DNA of 32,000 nucleotides. It comes from Candidatus Scalindua sp. (GTDB lineage: Bacteria; Planctomycetota; Brocadiia; Brocadiales; Scalinduaceae). Both the position numbers and the translations under genes were made by a program. Below the pieces are notes generated by a model that searched no databases, was not told the origin of the DNA, and was given only the letters and a program-made list of their open reading frames with translations. The stretch's first letter is position 1. Each line of letters starts with the position of its first letter. Location: the NCBI GenBank assembly GCA_031316235.1, contig JALDRA010000001.1:210001-242000 (forward strand). Reading direction: 5' to 3'. Below are positions 1-8,519 of this stretch, one piece after another.

Positions 1-2
1 TG

Positions 3-1667
3 CATGTAGTAGAAAACAAATCATCATCAAAGAAGAAGATCTACCGCTCTACTCTTTTGAGAGAGTCTTATCGTGAAAATGGAAAAGTCAAAAAACGCAC
101 CATTGCTAATATTTCCCACTGTACACCGGGAGAAATTGCTGCAATAAAACTTGCACTGAAACACAAAGACGATTTATCCGAACTCGGTTCTCTCAAAGAG
201 TCCGTTGCATTGCAGGAAGGATTGTCGGTGGGAGCGGTTTGGGCGGTATACCAGACGGCAAAAAAGTTGGGAATAGAAAAGGCATTAGGGACAAGTTTTG
301 CCGGGAAGTTAGCGCTTTGGCAGGTTATTGCGCGGGTTATAGATCAAGGTTCACGTCTCTCAGCAGTGCGGCTTGCGCAAAGCCATGCGGCATGTGATGT
401 TCTGACACTCTTGCGTGGATTTGATGAAAATAATCTCTACGAAAACCTTGAATGGTTGTCGATAAATCAAGATGAAATAGAGAAAGCCCTGTTTGTTTCA
501 AGACGGGGAAAAGCTCTTCCACAATTATTCCTCTACGATGTGACGAGCAGTTATCTGGAAGGTGAGAAGAATTTCTTTGGTGATTATGGCTATGGCAGAG
601 ATGGGAAGAAGGGGAAAAAGCAAATAGTTATCGGGTTATTGTGTGACGAGTATGGAGACGCTGTTTCCACAGAGGTATTCCATGGTAACACTCAAGACCC
701 GAAAACCTTTCTCTCACAGGTAGAAAAAGCAGGAGAGCTTTTTGGCTGTAAGAGTGTGACATTTGTCGGTGATCGGGGAATGATTAAAAAGGCACAAGTA
801 GACAATCTTCCCGAGCACTTTCACTACATAACAGCAATAACAAAACCCCAGATCAGGTCACTCATCAAGACAGGGGTAATCCAGATGGAGCTGTTCGATA
901 AGGAGGTATGCGAGGTTGAGGAAGACGGTATCCGGTATGTCTTAAGGCGTAATCCAGTACGTGCAGATGAAATGGCACAGACTCGATTGTCAAAACTCCA
1001 CTGTATCGAAAACTTCCTTCAAAACAAAAATGAGTATCTCAGCAAACACCCGAAGGCACGAGTAACAACAGCACAGAAAGAGGTAGAGAAAAAGATAAGT
1101 AGATTAAAGCTGGATAAATGGCTATCTGTCCAATCAAAGGAACAAGGAAGGGAGTTGTTTTTAGAACAGGACGACAAGGTGCTCAAAGAAATGTCGCTGC
1201 TTGATGGGTGTTATGTCATTAAGACTGATCTTTCGGCAGAAGAATTGGATAAAGAAGGAGTTCATGACCGCTACAAAGATTTGACAGAAGTAGAAAGAGC
1301 GTTCCGTGATTGCAAGACAGTACATTTAGAGGTACGGCCAATCCATGTCAGATTAGAATCAAGCACTCGGGGCCATGTGTTGGTAGTAATGTTGTCATAT
1401 ATGATTATCCGGCATCTACGCCGTGCATGGGAGAAATTTGACATGACAGTCCCTGAGGGGATAGCTCAACTGAGCACACTTTGTTCTGGAGAAATGAAAG
1501 TCAAAGACCAGGGAGCATGCATAAAAATACCAAGACCAAGGGAGAATAGCCAAAAGCAAAGATTGTTCCGGAGACCCTCCAGAACTATCTTTGCTTTTGT
1601 CTTTGGATCCCATTTGCGATATTTCATTGCGCCCCCCTTTCTTAAGTATGGCGTTATTATAGAGTAA
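3..1667 (+). CDS. IS1634-group (IS4-related) DDE transposase, N-terminus off the left edge of the window
   Basis: The frame stays open back to nt 3 (HVVENKSSSKKKIYRSTLLRESYRENGKVKKRTIANIS), so the TTG at 57 is not the real start. Family-typical blocks are present: LYDVTSSYLEGE, GYGRDGKKGKKQIVIGLL, VFHGNTQDPKTF, FVGDRGMIK, YKDLTEVERAFRDCK. The last ~35 aa (RLFRRPSRTIFAFVFGSHLRY) look unlike the family tail, so a 3' frameshift is possible. Confidence 0.8.
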   Translation, partial: HVVENKSSSKKKIYRSTLLRESYRENGKVKKRTIANISHCTPGEIAAIKLALKHKDDLSELGSLKESVALQEGLSVGAVWAVYQTAKKLGIEKALGTSFAGKLALWQVIARVIDQGSRLSAVRLAQSHAACDVLTLLRGFDENNLYENLEWLSINQDEIEKALFVSRRGKALPQLFLYDVTSSYLEGEKNFFGDYGYGRDGKKGKKQIVIGLLCDEYGDAVSTEVFHGNTQDPKTFLSQVEKAGELFGCKSVTFVGDRGMIKKAQVDNLPEHFHYITAITKPQIRSLIKTGVIQMELFDKEVCEVEEDGIRYVLRRNPVRADEMAQTRLSKLHCIENFLQNKNEYLSKHPKARVTTAQKEVEKKISRLKLDKWLSVQSKEQGRELFLEQDDKVLKEMSLLDGCYVIKTDLSAEELDKEGVHDRYKDLTEVERAFRDCKTVHLEVRPIHVRLESSTRGHVLVVMLSYMIIRHLRRAWEKFDMTVPEGIAQLSTLCSGEMKVKDQGACIKIPRPRENSQKQRLFRRPSRTIFAFVFGSHLRYFIAPPFLKYGVIIE

Positions 1668-1731
1668 ATTACTCCACAATTACATCTGCTTACTTAATGG
1701 GGTGCAGTACACTCCTTAAATCATCACTAAA

Positions 1732-2730
1732 ATGCGCAAACCGATTTTCCGAGCAATTGGATGTTTGATAATTTCCCAATTAGTGTTAATGGGATGCCAG
1801 ACTCCCATCTCCCAAATTAACAAATCCAGCCATGATGATCTAACACGCAAAGAACACATCCTTCAAATGGATACCTTTTGGCGTATCGATGTGGTGGATG
1901 AAAAACGAATGGACCTATCCGGACTGGTCATTGTGAATGACGAGAGATTCCTCACCATTGATGACAAGCAGTTCAATCTATACGAACTCCGTCTTCAAAA
2001 GGGTTCATCCCGGGCATACATTGTCGCTTCGGATTTGATCCGCATTGAAGACCTGAAAGAATTGCGAGAAACGAAAACAGGCCAATTGGACTGCGAAGGA
2101 TTAGCAGTTGATGCGGACGGAAACATTTATATTTGCGAGGAGAAACACCGTTGGATATTAAAAATAAATTCAAATGGGAAGTTCTTAAATCGTTTGAAAA
2201 TCGACTGGTCGCCGGTGGAGCAATACTTCAATGCCCTCGATAAAAATGCATCCTTTGAAGGAATCGCAGTGAGCAAAAATAATCTTTACGTGATCAACGA
2301 GCGCGATAAAGCGCTAATTATCGTTGTGGATCTAAATTCTCTGAAAGTAATTGATCATTTTAAGGTTTACTCAAAGATGCACCCAAGCCTGTTTGTACAT
2401 TACTCCGGGTTATCATGGTTTGATGGAAAGCTCTATATTCTTCTTCGACACAGTCAGGTAATCCTCGAAATCGACCCAGAATCTCACAACGTGATTGCCG
2501 AATACAGTTTCAGAAACACTGCACGACAGTCTGAATTCAATTACAGATCCAGATTCGGGACCGGTTGCATGGAAGGCCTTCATGTCTCAGACGACTTTTT
2601 CTGGATGTTGACAGACAACAATGGGTGTGCCCTGAAAAATAACAAAGATGAAAAACACCCCACACTGATTCGATTTAAACGGCCGGAACACTCAAACCCG
2701 ATTGCAACCTTGAGCGGACATAAAGATTAA
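1732..2730 (+). CDS. Secreted lipoprotein, probable beta-propeller of the SdiA-regulated / phytase-like type
   Basis: Signal peptide with lipobox (MRKPIFRAIGCLIISQLVLMGC|QTP). Repeated blade-like motifs DCEGLAVDADGNIYICEE and SFEGIAVSKNNLYVINERD. The family call is from motif memory only. Confidence 0.55.
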   Translation: MRKPIFRAIGCLIISQLVLMGCQTPISQINKSSHDDLTRKEHILQMDTFWRIDVVDEKRMDLSGLVIVNDERFLTIDDKQFNLYELRLQKGSSRAYIVASDLIRIEDLKELRETKTGQLDCEGLAVDADGNIYICEEKHRWILKINSNGKFLNRLKIDWSPVEQYFNALDKNASFEGIAVSKNNLYVINERDKALIIVVDLNSLKVIDHFKVYSKMHPSLFVHYSGLSWFDGKLYILLRHSQVILEIDPESHNVIAEYSFRNTARQSEFNYRSRFGTGCMEGLHVSDDFFWMLTDNNGCALKNNKDEKHPTLIRFKRPEHSNPIATLSGHKD

Positions 2731-3050
2731 TCACCGGTAGGGAAATAATAGAAAGATAATGATACTCCATAGGCTAAAGATCAGGGTAGCTCTATGTTCG
2801 GCATAATCTAGCCATCTTAATATCAGTGTATAGGTGGTCGGCCCGACCCCGGATGTCACCCGTGAGTTTACTTACAAAATGCGCAGGGTAACGCCTTTTG
2901 GCCCAAGATTCTCTCAGGTTCGCGAAAACAGATCTAGATGATCGACGGATTTGATCTGCCCGCCCTGTTTAATAGTAAAATATAGATAAGTATCTGCTTT
3001 TCCTGCACGCTGAAGTTTAAAGTTTGATTACAGAAGAAACTAATGTTCTT

Positions 3051-3173
3051 TTATTTAACAGGGTAAACATAACGCTCTTCCTTGGGAAATCCTTTCGATA
3101 GTTCAAATATCGCAACCGCAAGTGCATAGGTTTTCTGATATACTCGCAAATCCTTTGCAGATTCAATTTTCAT
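3051..3173 (-). pseudogene. N-terminal stub (40 codons) of a four-helix-bundle protein (23S rRNA intervening-sequence protein family)
   Basis: Hand translation gives MKIESAKDLRVYQKTYALAVAIFELSKGFPKEERYVYPVK*. This matches the conserved N-terminus of the ~120-aa family (DL.V.Q.A..L...I...T..FPKEE.Y) but stops after 40 aa. Not in the ORF track because it is under 60 aa. Confidence 0.6.
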
Positions 3174-3183
3174 ATCATGCTGT

Positions 3184-3246
3184 CCTCAGACCTCAGACTT
3201 CTGTCTTCCGTCCTTAATCCTCCGTGCCTTTGTGGCTCCGTGTGAA
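3184..3246. repeat. Nine phased heptanucleotide units
   Basis: Parsed by hand: CCTCAGA CCTCAGA CTTCTGT CTTCCGT CCTTAAT CCTCCGT GCCTTTG TGGCTCC GTGTGAA. The array lies directly upstream of the four-helix-bundle stub. Confidence 0.9.
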
Positions 3247-3304
3247 ATTATTTTCTTTTTTGCCAACTAAATAGGTATGGTGTCCCCCGATTCCCCTAAA
3301 TTAT

Positions 3305-3661
3305 TTACCACCTTCTAATTCTAATACCACTGGGAGTAACTATTGTAATTGTTCGATTTAATTCATTTAAATCACAGCTTCTAAGTACCTTTTCTAACAA
3401 ACTGAGAATTGGCTTAATACCATCCTTATCCGGTCGAAGAAGTAAAACTCCACAGTGGGTTCCCGGAGGGTATATGCGGATATCGGCAAAACCTTTATCT
3501 GCTGTAATTAGAAACCTTTGCTCGGCTTGAACTATGGGCCACAAATCAGCGTCTTTGAAACCACCCATTTCTTGTTCTATAACACTAACGGCTTGATAAC
3601 CTTGCTCTCTAAGTAACTCAACAACTTTATTGGGGAGATCCTCATCAACCTTGATCTTCAT
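3305..3661 (-). CDS. DUF5615-family (PIN-like) putative toxin
   Basis: MKIKVDEDLPNKVVELLREQGYQAVSVIE...FLITADKGFADIR is typical of DUF5615. It sits 15 nt downstream of a DUF433 gene, the usual pairing. Confidence 0.75.
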   Translation of the reverse strand: MKIKVDEDLPNKVVELLREQGYQAVSVIEQEMGGFKDADLWPIVQAEQRFLITADKGFADIRIYPPGTHCGVLLLRPDKDGIKPILSLLEKVLRSCDLNELNRTITIVTPSGIRIRRW

Positions 3662-3676
3662 TACCGTATCCTTATT

Positions 3677-3913
3677 TCATGGAAATGGTACCATTATTTC
3701 TTGATGGATTATATCGGCAGCATAAGATAATGCGGCATACATATCTTCTGAGGATAATTGGGGATATTCTTGTTGAATTTCTTCCGGGGTCATACCATCT
3801 GCAAAACTACCTACAATCATAGATATTGGTATGCGAGTACCTTTAATACAGGTAGTTCCATGGTGAATACTCGGGTCAGTGCTAATTCTGCCCTTCCAGT
3901 CTATACGTTTCAT
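3677..3913 (-). CDS. DUF433-family putative antitoxin
   Basis: RISTDPSIHHGTTCIKGTRIPISMIVGSFADGMTPEEIQQEYPQLSSEDMYAALSYA matches the DUF433 signature (G.P.I.GTRI.V..I......G.s.eEI...YP.L). It is upstream of the DUF5615 gene. Confidence 0.8.
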   Translation of the reverse strand: MKRIDWKGRISTDPSIHHGTTCIKGTRIPISMIVGSFADGMTPEEIQQEYPQLSSEDMYAALSYAADIIHQEIMVPFP

Positions 3914-4491
3914 TTAGATAACACCTATTTCTTAAGTTATTCGGCCTCTTTTATATTTATAATAATACGATTGTGAGTGAGGCATGTCAAGTGAGAATAG
4001 GAGAAAAGGAAAAAGACTTCTGGAAAAATAAAAAAAGGGGCAAGCAAATAAAGGATTCCACAAATCTGCAATCGTAAAACCCAAATAATTATGCATATAT
4101 CATTTGTAGACCCCAATGCCGGATTCAATGAAATTGAAAAAGACGAAAAAGGGTTCCATCGAAAATTTGCACACAGTAAGATACACTGGGCAGTAATGGT
4201 TAGTAGTGGTTGATTTGGTGATTAAGCCAAGCCATATCACAAAACCATATCAAGAAGAGCAAGTAAAAAGAGCCATTGAGGAGGATCAAACCTACATTGG
4301 TAAATGTCATTATTTGTTCATGGAGATGAACCTGTTCAGTTATATTCAGAGCTATGAGAAGTTGTTGAAAATGTGACCAGACACTTTAAAGCGGAAAGAC
4401 GGCCCTGCTAGACCTTACACAAACATGATTTTTTTATTAGGAAGTGTATAGGTGGTTATAGATTGGTCGGGCCACGCTAACTTGCTGAATA

Positions 4492-5233
4492 TCAATGAGT
4501 AATACACCAATAGTAGGTGTTTTGAGCCCCTATATTGTCGTTTTTGCCACCAGAAAGCGCGTTATAGGCCACACTCTCTTCTCGAAGCCGAAATTCTGTA
4601 TCTGTTTCAATAATTTCACGCCCTTTTGCCAATATGTCCAATTTATCCTTTATTGCATTGGTAAATCGTTCACTGCCAACTGCTATACTTTCGGTCCATT
4701 GTGGCTGTCTGCAATTATCTCCATTCGCCAGAGAGTCATTTATCAAATCGTAAGTTCAAACTGTTTTCAGAAAAATGTCATTCCCGCATGCTTTAAGCGG
4801 GAATCCAGCGGTGACGACAATTCTGGATGCCCGATAAAGTCATTCGGGCATGACAAAAGAGGGTATATAACCTAAAAAGTTTGATCACTGAAAACAGTTT
4901 GAACTTACCTTTGTGAGTTTTTCGGAATAGCTCGTAAGATTTAAAACCTGCTAACCGAGCGAGTTTTTCATACGCGATAAGGACACATTTTTTACGTGGG
5001 TTCTGAATCTCAATGTAGCCGCCATATTGCCATTGAGACGGGTGGGTTACTACACCATTACGGACCATATTCAAATCAATGTAGCTGAGACATCTGACGT
5101 CCTCGATTGCTGTCGCATGATAACGGTCTTCCCAGAAGGCACCTTTTCTCTTTTTTCTCAGGTTGTACTCCTGACCAGTTCGACCAGCAACTAAACGAAT
5201 TTTATTGTTCATCATGCCCTTTATGCTCTTCAA
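4492..5233 (-). pseudogene. RAYT-like / IS200-superfamily Y1 transposase, N-terminally truncated and split by a 160-bp insertion
   Basis: The upper ORF carries VAGRTGQEYNLRKKRKGAFWEDRYHATAIE...YIDLNMVRNGVVTHPSQWQYGGYIEIQNP. The lower ORF carries QWTESIAVGSERFTNAIKDKL...GREI. Both are conserved blocks of one protein family. The HUH-containing N-terminal ~100 aa are absent. The two ORFs become one frame if 4750-4909 is removed (verified codon by codon). Confidence 0.6.
4750..4908. mobile_element. 159-bp MITE-like insertion with 21-bp perfect terminal inverted repeats and a GTCATTCCCGC-type core
   Basis: GTAAGTTCAAACTGTTTTCAG (4750-4770) is the exact reverse complement of CTGAAAACAGTTTGAACTTAC (4888-4908). 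Inner inverted pair TGTCATTCCCG (4776-4786) / CGGGCATGACA (4845-4855). A C flanks both ends (4749 and 4909). Confidence 0.8.
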
Positions 5234-5538
5234 GGTTCCTTAACGGGCAAATTAATATTATCAAATGGTCTTGCACCATGATGAATTGTAAGGATTTCTA
5301 CTTCTTTTGTTATAATGCGATAAATAATTCGGTAATTTCCTACTATTATTTCACAAATATCTTTACGGCCTATTTCAGGAACAACTCTTCCAGATTTGGG
5401 AAATATTTCAAGTCGATCTGTCGCTTCAAATATTCTTATTGCAAATAATTTTGCATATTGAAAAGAATCACGAGCAATAAATAAACAAATTGAGTCCAAA
5501 TCATCAAGTGCTTGATCTGTCCAGGTTACTTTAACCAT
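5230..5538 (-). CDS. ParE/RelE-superfamily toxin
   Basis: WTDQALDDLDSICLFIARDSFQYAKLFAIRIFEATDRLEIFPKSGRVVPE...YRIIYRI...VEILTIHHGAR is the ParE (plasmid stabilisation) pattern. It overlaps the upstream small gene by 13 nt. Confidence 0.8.
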   Translation of the reverse strand: MVKVTWTDQALDDLDSICLFIARDSFQYAKLFAIRIFEATDRLEIFPKSGRVVPEIGRKDICEIIVGNYRIIYRIITKEVEILTIHHGARPFDNINLPVKEP

Positions 5539-5708
5539 CGTTCCATTCTCTTTTTTGCCTCTTGCTGGGATATTTTCTGTCCTTTATTTGCTTGTTTAAT
5601 ACCTCGGTCAACTTTGTAAAGGACGTATAATTTTTCCATTGCATCTTCTATAGTTGCATCTTGTGGAAGATCCTTAATAGCTTTAATTGCTTGTTCTTTT
5701 TCAATCAT
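5526..5708 (-). CDS. Putative cognate antitoxin of the ParE-like toxin
   Basis: 60-aa acidic/basic helical protein (LPQDATIEDAMEKLYVLYKVDRGIKQANKGQKISQQEAKKRMERW) directly upstream of the toxin and overlapping it. The call rests on context and size. Confidence 0.6.
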   Translation of the reverse strand: MIEKEQAIKAIKDLPQDATIEDAMEKLYVLYKVDRGIKQANKGQKISQQEAKKRMERWLK

Positions 5709-5832
5709 AATTATTCCTCCAATTTATTGATTTTTTATTTTGCCACATAACACGCTTACTGTACGGCAAAGACGTAACTAAGTTAAGTAAAATCTGCCAG
5801 GGCGTTTAAAAAAAATCACCGCCTGACTTTTT

Positions 5833-5970
5833 TTAACAAAGTAATGTTTCTTTATCCTGGGTCTTACAAATTTGACGGATCAAATCTCGTTCTCGTTCAG
5901 CAACTTCTCCCCGCAAAACTGGCTTGTGTTATTTGGTAATCCAAACAATATGGTACTTCAGGTCATAAAA
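5833..5970 (-). pseudogene. IS200/IS605-type TnpA (Y1 transposase) N-terminal remnant with an internal stop
   Basis: Hand translation gives FYDLKYHIVWITK*HKPVLRGEVAERERDLIRQICKTQDKETLLC*. It matches the TnpA N-terminus (Y.Y H.VW..KYR+.VL.G.VA.R...LIR.IC). TAA at 5929-5931 replaces the conserved Tyr codon, and the rest of the gene is missing. Confidence 0.65.
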
Positions 5971-6218
5971 TGGTAAAGAGCAGACGCATAAACTTACAAA
6001 GCTTTTGTCAGTAAATAAGTTATGTGAGATGTTAGTGGTGATTTTTTGTAAAAAGAGTGACAAGAAGAATGTACCAACGACTCAGGATGCCGTATTTTAA
6101 AGGGTTTTGCAAAACAATTTACAACATGCAAAAGTAAAATTACAAAATACGATGCCCAACTTGTATAATAGAAGTCACACAACAACACAAACTACTATAC
6201 AAGAAAGGGCACTCAAGA

Positions 6219-7262
6219 ATGCTACCATTATCACAAATTGAAAGCAACCAAAAACCACTTCTCATTCACACCGTTCACGAAGACGACAAGGTACTGCTTA
6301 ATACGCCAGATGCAGAGTGGTTTAGAGTCTTATATTATTTTCCCTGTAAAATAGAGAAAGAAGTAGTCGGAGATACAACCCACTATTATGCGTATTCAGG
6401 GTTTGAGACAGTAAAGTATAAAGACAAAGACGGCAAGGAGCAGAGGAAGTCGCAATCAAAGTTAACCAAGAAGTGTCGCTGTCAAGACAGAGACAAGTGT
6501 GAACATGACTGGGTACTGGCAGATGAAGGAGCGGGAACAATCGTGAAATCCATAACAAAGATGTATTGGGGCCACAAAGCAAGCATTGTCGGTTTTCCCC
6601 GTCAAGGGGTGCCTTTGGATGCAAGGGCGGTGTTGGATGGACCGACCCATGATGTAGAGACATTTCTTCCGCATATAGAAGAAGTATTTGATACCTATCC
6701 GGTAATTAAAGAATCGGTTAAAAGAGCATTGTATGATAGTGCGTGTGATAGCAAAGATTTGAAAGATAAGTTTATGGATAAACTTGGGATGGAATTAAAG
6801 GCATCTTTAACTCCAAGGCGTCAGAGGGAAGTAACAGTTGGGTTGCCGCGTGGTATGGAAAAGATAACGCCGTATGGTGCCGTTATTTGCAATGGGGGCC
6901 ATGAGATGGATTACAAAGGAATGCGTTATGAACGAGAGAAATTCATTTATCATGCCCCAACGGATACAGATGGTGGATCGGTGTGTTCAACATGCCGGCA
7001 TCAGGTAGAGTGTTGCCCCAATTCGCTAACCGGCAGGATGATTAATATATCATTTGGATTGTTACCCCACATAGACACAGAAGACCCTTCGATGGCAAAG
7101 AGATTTAAGGCGATAATGACACGTCGCCCTTCAGTTGAGCGGATGATAAAGCGGCTGAAGTGTGATATTGGTGATGATCGTTTAAGCAAGAGAGGGAATC
7201 TCTCATTTCAGGCATACCTGGATAAGACGATGATTGCTTTTCACCTCTTGTTACAGAATTAA
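6219..7262 (+). CDS. DDE transposase, IS4/IS5 superfamily (IS1182-like features)
   Basis: YWGHKASIVGF...GVPLDARAVLDGPTHDVETF, then ALYDSACDS, then RRPSVERMIKRLKCDIGDDRLSKRG follow the DDE_Tnp_1 order. There is a Cys-rich CSTCRHQVECCP block. The N-terminal region is atypical and short. No convincing terminal inverted repeats were found. Confidence 0.6.
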   Translation: MLPLSQIESNQKPLLIHTVHEDDKVLLNTPDAEWFRVLYYFPCKIEKEVVGDTTHYYAYSGFETVKYKDKDGKEQRKSQSKLTKKCRCQDRDKCEHDWVLADEGAGTIVKSITKMYWGHKASIVGFPRQGVPLDARAVLDGPTHDVETFLPHIEEVFDTYPVIKESVKRALYDSACDSKDLKDKFMDKLGMELKASLTPRRQREVTVGLPRGMEKITPYGAVICNGGHEMDYKGMRYEREKFIYHAPTDTDGGSVCSTCRHQVECCPNSLTGRMINISFGLLPHIDTEDPSMAKRFKAIMTRRPSVERMIKRLKCDIGDDRLSKRGNLSFQAYLDKTMIAFHLLLQN

Positions 7263-7657
7263 ATTGATGTTTCTGGAAGTAAAATAAAAGACCATAGGAG
7301 AGGTGTTTCCAAATTTGCAAATTACCTCCATTATTGGTGCTGTGTTATTTCTTTCTGGTTGCTTTTGACTTGATTTTGAAATACGATTAAAAAAAATTTG
7401 CGTTGAACACTTTTCGTTCGAGTTTATGCGGCGACTCTAAAGTCACCATTTAAACCCAAAAAAGGACAATATTGCCCTATATATGACCCCATTCTAATAA
7501 CCATCTCTTTACATATCAATATGTTAGCAGGTCCCTACCCTGGATACGCCCGTTCGTAGCACACCAAGGACTGAACCTTTTCTTTTGATGATCTTTGCGG
7601 CTTTGCGTGAAAACTTCCTCAATCAGAAATCTCAAATAATAGATGATGACACATTAA

Positions 7658-8326
7658 CTAAAATTCTCTTGTCGGTAAATCTTTGAGCACTTTGTTTGGC
7701 AAGTTACTGTCAGGAAATAAGATGACCCAAAAAGTGAGAAACACAATTTTCAAGTCAATGGTGAATGACATATTATTTTGATACCATATCTCTAATGCTC
7801 CTTTATATGGCATTACCAGCCTTTCATAACATTCAAGGGGCGGTAAATGAGAGTCTGTCACTAATTTCTCTTCGTCCCTAAACATGATCGATCCAATACC
7901 AGTTAATCCAGGTTTTATATTGTAAACAGATTCTTTAAGTATCCTGTTATATCTATTAAATCCTGCTTCCATTAGTGGTCTGGGACCAATTAGTGTCATA
8001 TCACCTTTTAAAACATTTATGATTTGTGGTAATTCGTTAATTTTTGTCTTTCTGAGATAACTCCCTACAAATGTTACCCTTGAATCATTTCGCAAGGTCA
8101 CATCACCAGTTCCCATATTGGGACTATCTTTCAGCATGGTGGCAAATTTCCAGATTTTGAAAATTTGATTATTGTAACCTACGCGTGGTTGTTTATAAAA
8201 CACATACCCTTCACCTGTTACTCGAAGTAAAAGGAAAATTGGGGCAAATAAAGGTAAGAATATTATTAATGCTAATAATGAAACTACTACATCAATAACT
8301 CTTCTTGATAAGAGATACATTTTCAT
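7658..8326 (-). CDS. Small monotopic phosphoglycosyl transferase (bacterial sugar transferase, PglC/WbaP C-terminal type)
   Basis: RVIDVVVSLLALIIFLPLFAPIFLLLRV...YKQPRVGYNNQIFKIWKFATM...DSRVTFVGSYLRKTKINELPQIINVLKGDMTLIGPRP is the PF02397 pattern. The start is moved to ATG 8326 (or 8320) because track residues 1-49 are translated from an intergenic repeat. Confidence 0.85.
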   Translation of the reverse strand: MKMYLLSRRVIDVVVSLLALIIFLPLFAPIFLLLRVTGEGYVFYKQPRVGYNNQIFKIWKFATMLKDSPNMGTGDVTLRNDSRVTFVGSYLRKTKINELPQIINVLKGDMTLIGPRPLMEAGFNRYNRILKESVYNIKPGLTGIGSIMFRDEEKLVTDSHLPPLECYERLVMPYKGALEIWYQNNMSFTIDLKIVFLTFWVILFPDSNLPNKVLKDLPTREF

Positions 8327-8328
8327 TT

Positions 8329-8519
8329 TATACTCATCTCGTAATGGTTTTCGGATAAAATCCGAGATAAAACGGAGCGAGTATACCTTCACCAAGATTT
8401 GGTTTTCAGCCCGCCCGGCCTGTAAGCCATTATCCAGCCCCCGTCCGTACCGGCACGGGCGGGCGATACTCATTCTGGCGGGGACGGGTAAATCCGAAAA
8501 CCAAAACGGTTTTAGTATA
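8329..8519 (+). repeat. Modular spacer element, copy I
   Basis: Shares left end TATACTCATCTCGTAATGG, block AAAATCCGAGATAAAA, block TACCTTCACCAAGATTTGGTTTTCAGCCCGCCCGGCCTGTAAGCC and right end AAAACCAAAACGGTTTTAGTAT with the copies at 17.0 and 18.0 kb. It has an extra GC-rich hairpin block (8409-8417 pairs with 8456-8464). Confidence 0.9.

Noticed and set aside
4215-4376. 53-codon plus-strand ORF (VIKPSHITKPYQEEQVKRAIEEDQTYIGKCHYLFMEMNLFSYIQSYEKLLKM)
   Set aside because: It has a non-ATG start, no recognisable family and no partner gene. It may be a gene fragment, but this cannot be supported from sequence alone.
5994-6188. Track ORF 5994..6188 (-) and other 60-115-aa ORFs antisense to annotated genes (e.g. 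337..522, 6322..6663, 8887..9436, 21877..22227, 23584..24001, 26166..26710)
   Set aside because: They show no start context, no family resemblance and AT-rich low-complexity translations, and each overlaps a well-supported gene on the opposite strand.
7297-7329. Hairpin GGAGAGGT...ACCTCC containing the perfect 12-bp palindrome AATTTGCAAATT (7312-7323), 35 nt after the transposase stop
   Set aside because: It could be an operator, terminator or IS end. It occurs only once, has no U-tract and has no matching partner at the other side of the gene, so there is not enough evidence to call it.
5986-7432. CGCATAAACT (5986-5995) and its reverse complement (7423-7432) as terminal inverted repeats of an IS around the 6219-7262 transposase
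   Set aside because: Only 10 bp match and the similarity does not extend inward or outward. That is within chance expectation for the search space examined.
8327-8473. N-terminal 49 residues of track ORF 7658..8473 (MSIARPCRYGRGLDNGLQAGRAENQ...)
   Set aside because: This stretch is translated from spacer element copy I, which also occurs in non-coding context at 17.0 and 18.0 kb. The sugar-transferase homology begins at the internal Met (8326/8320).
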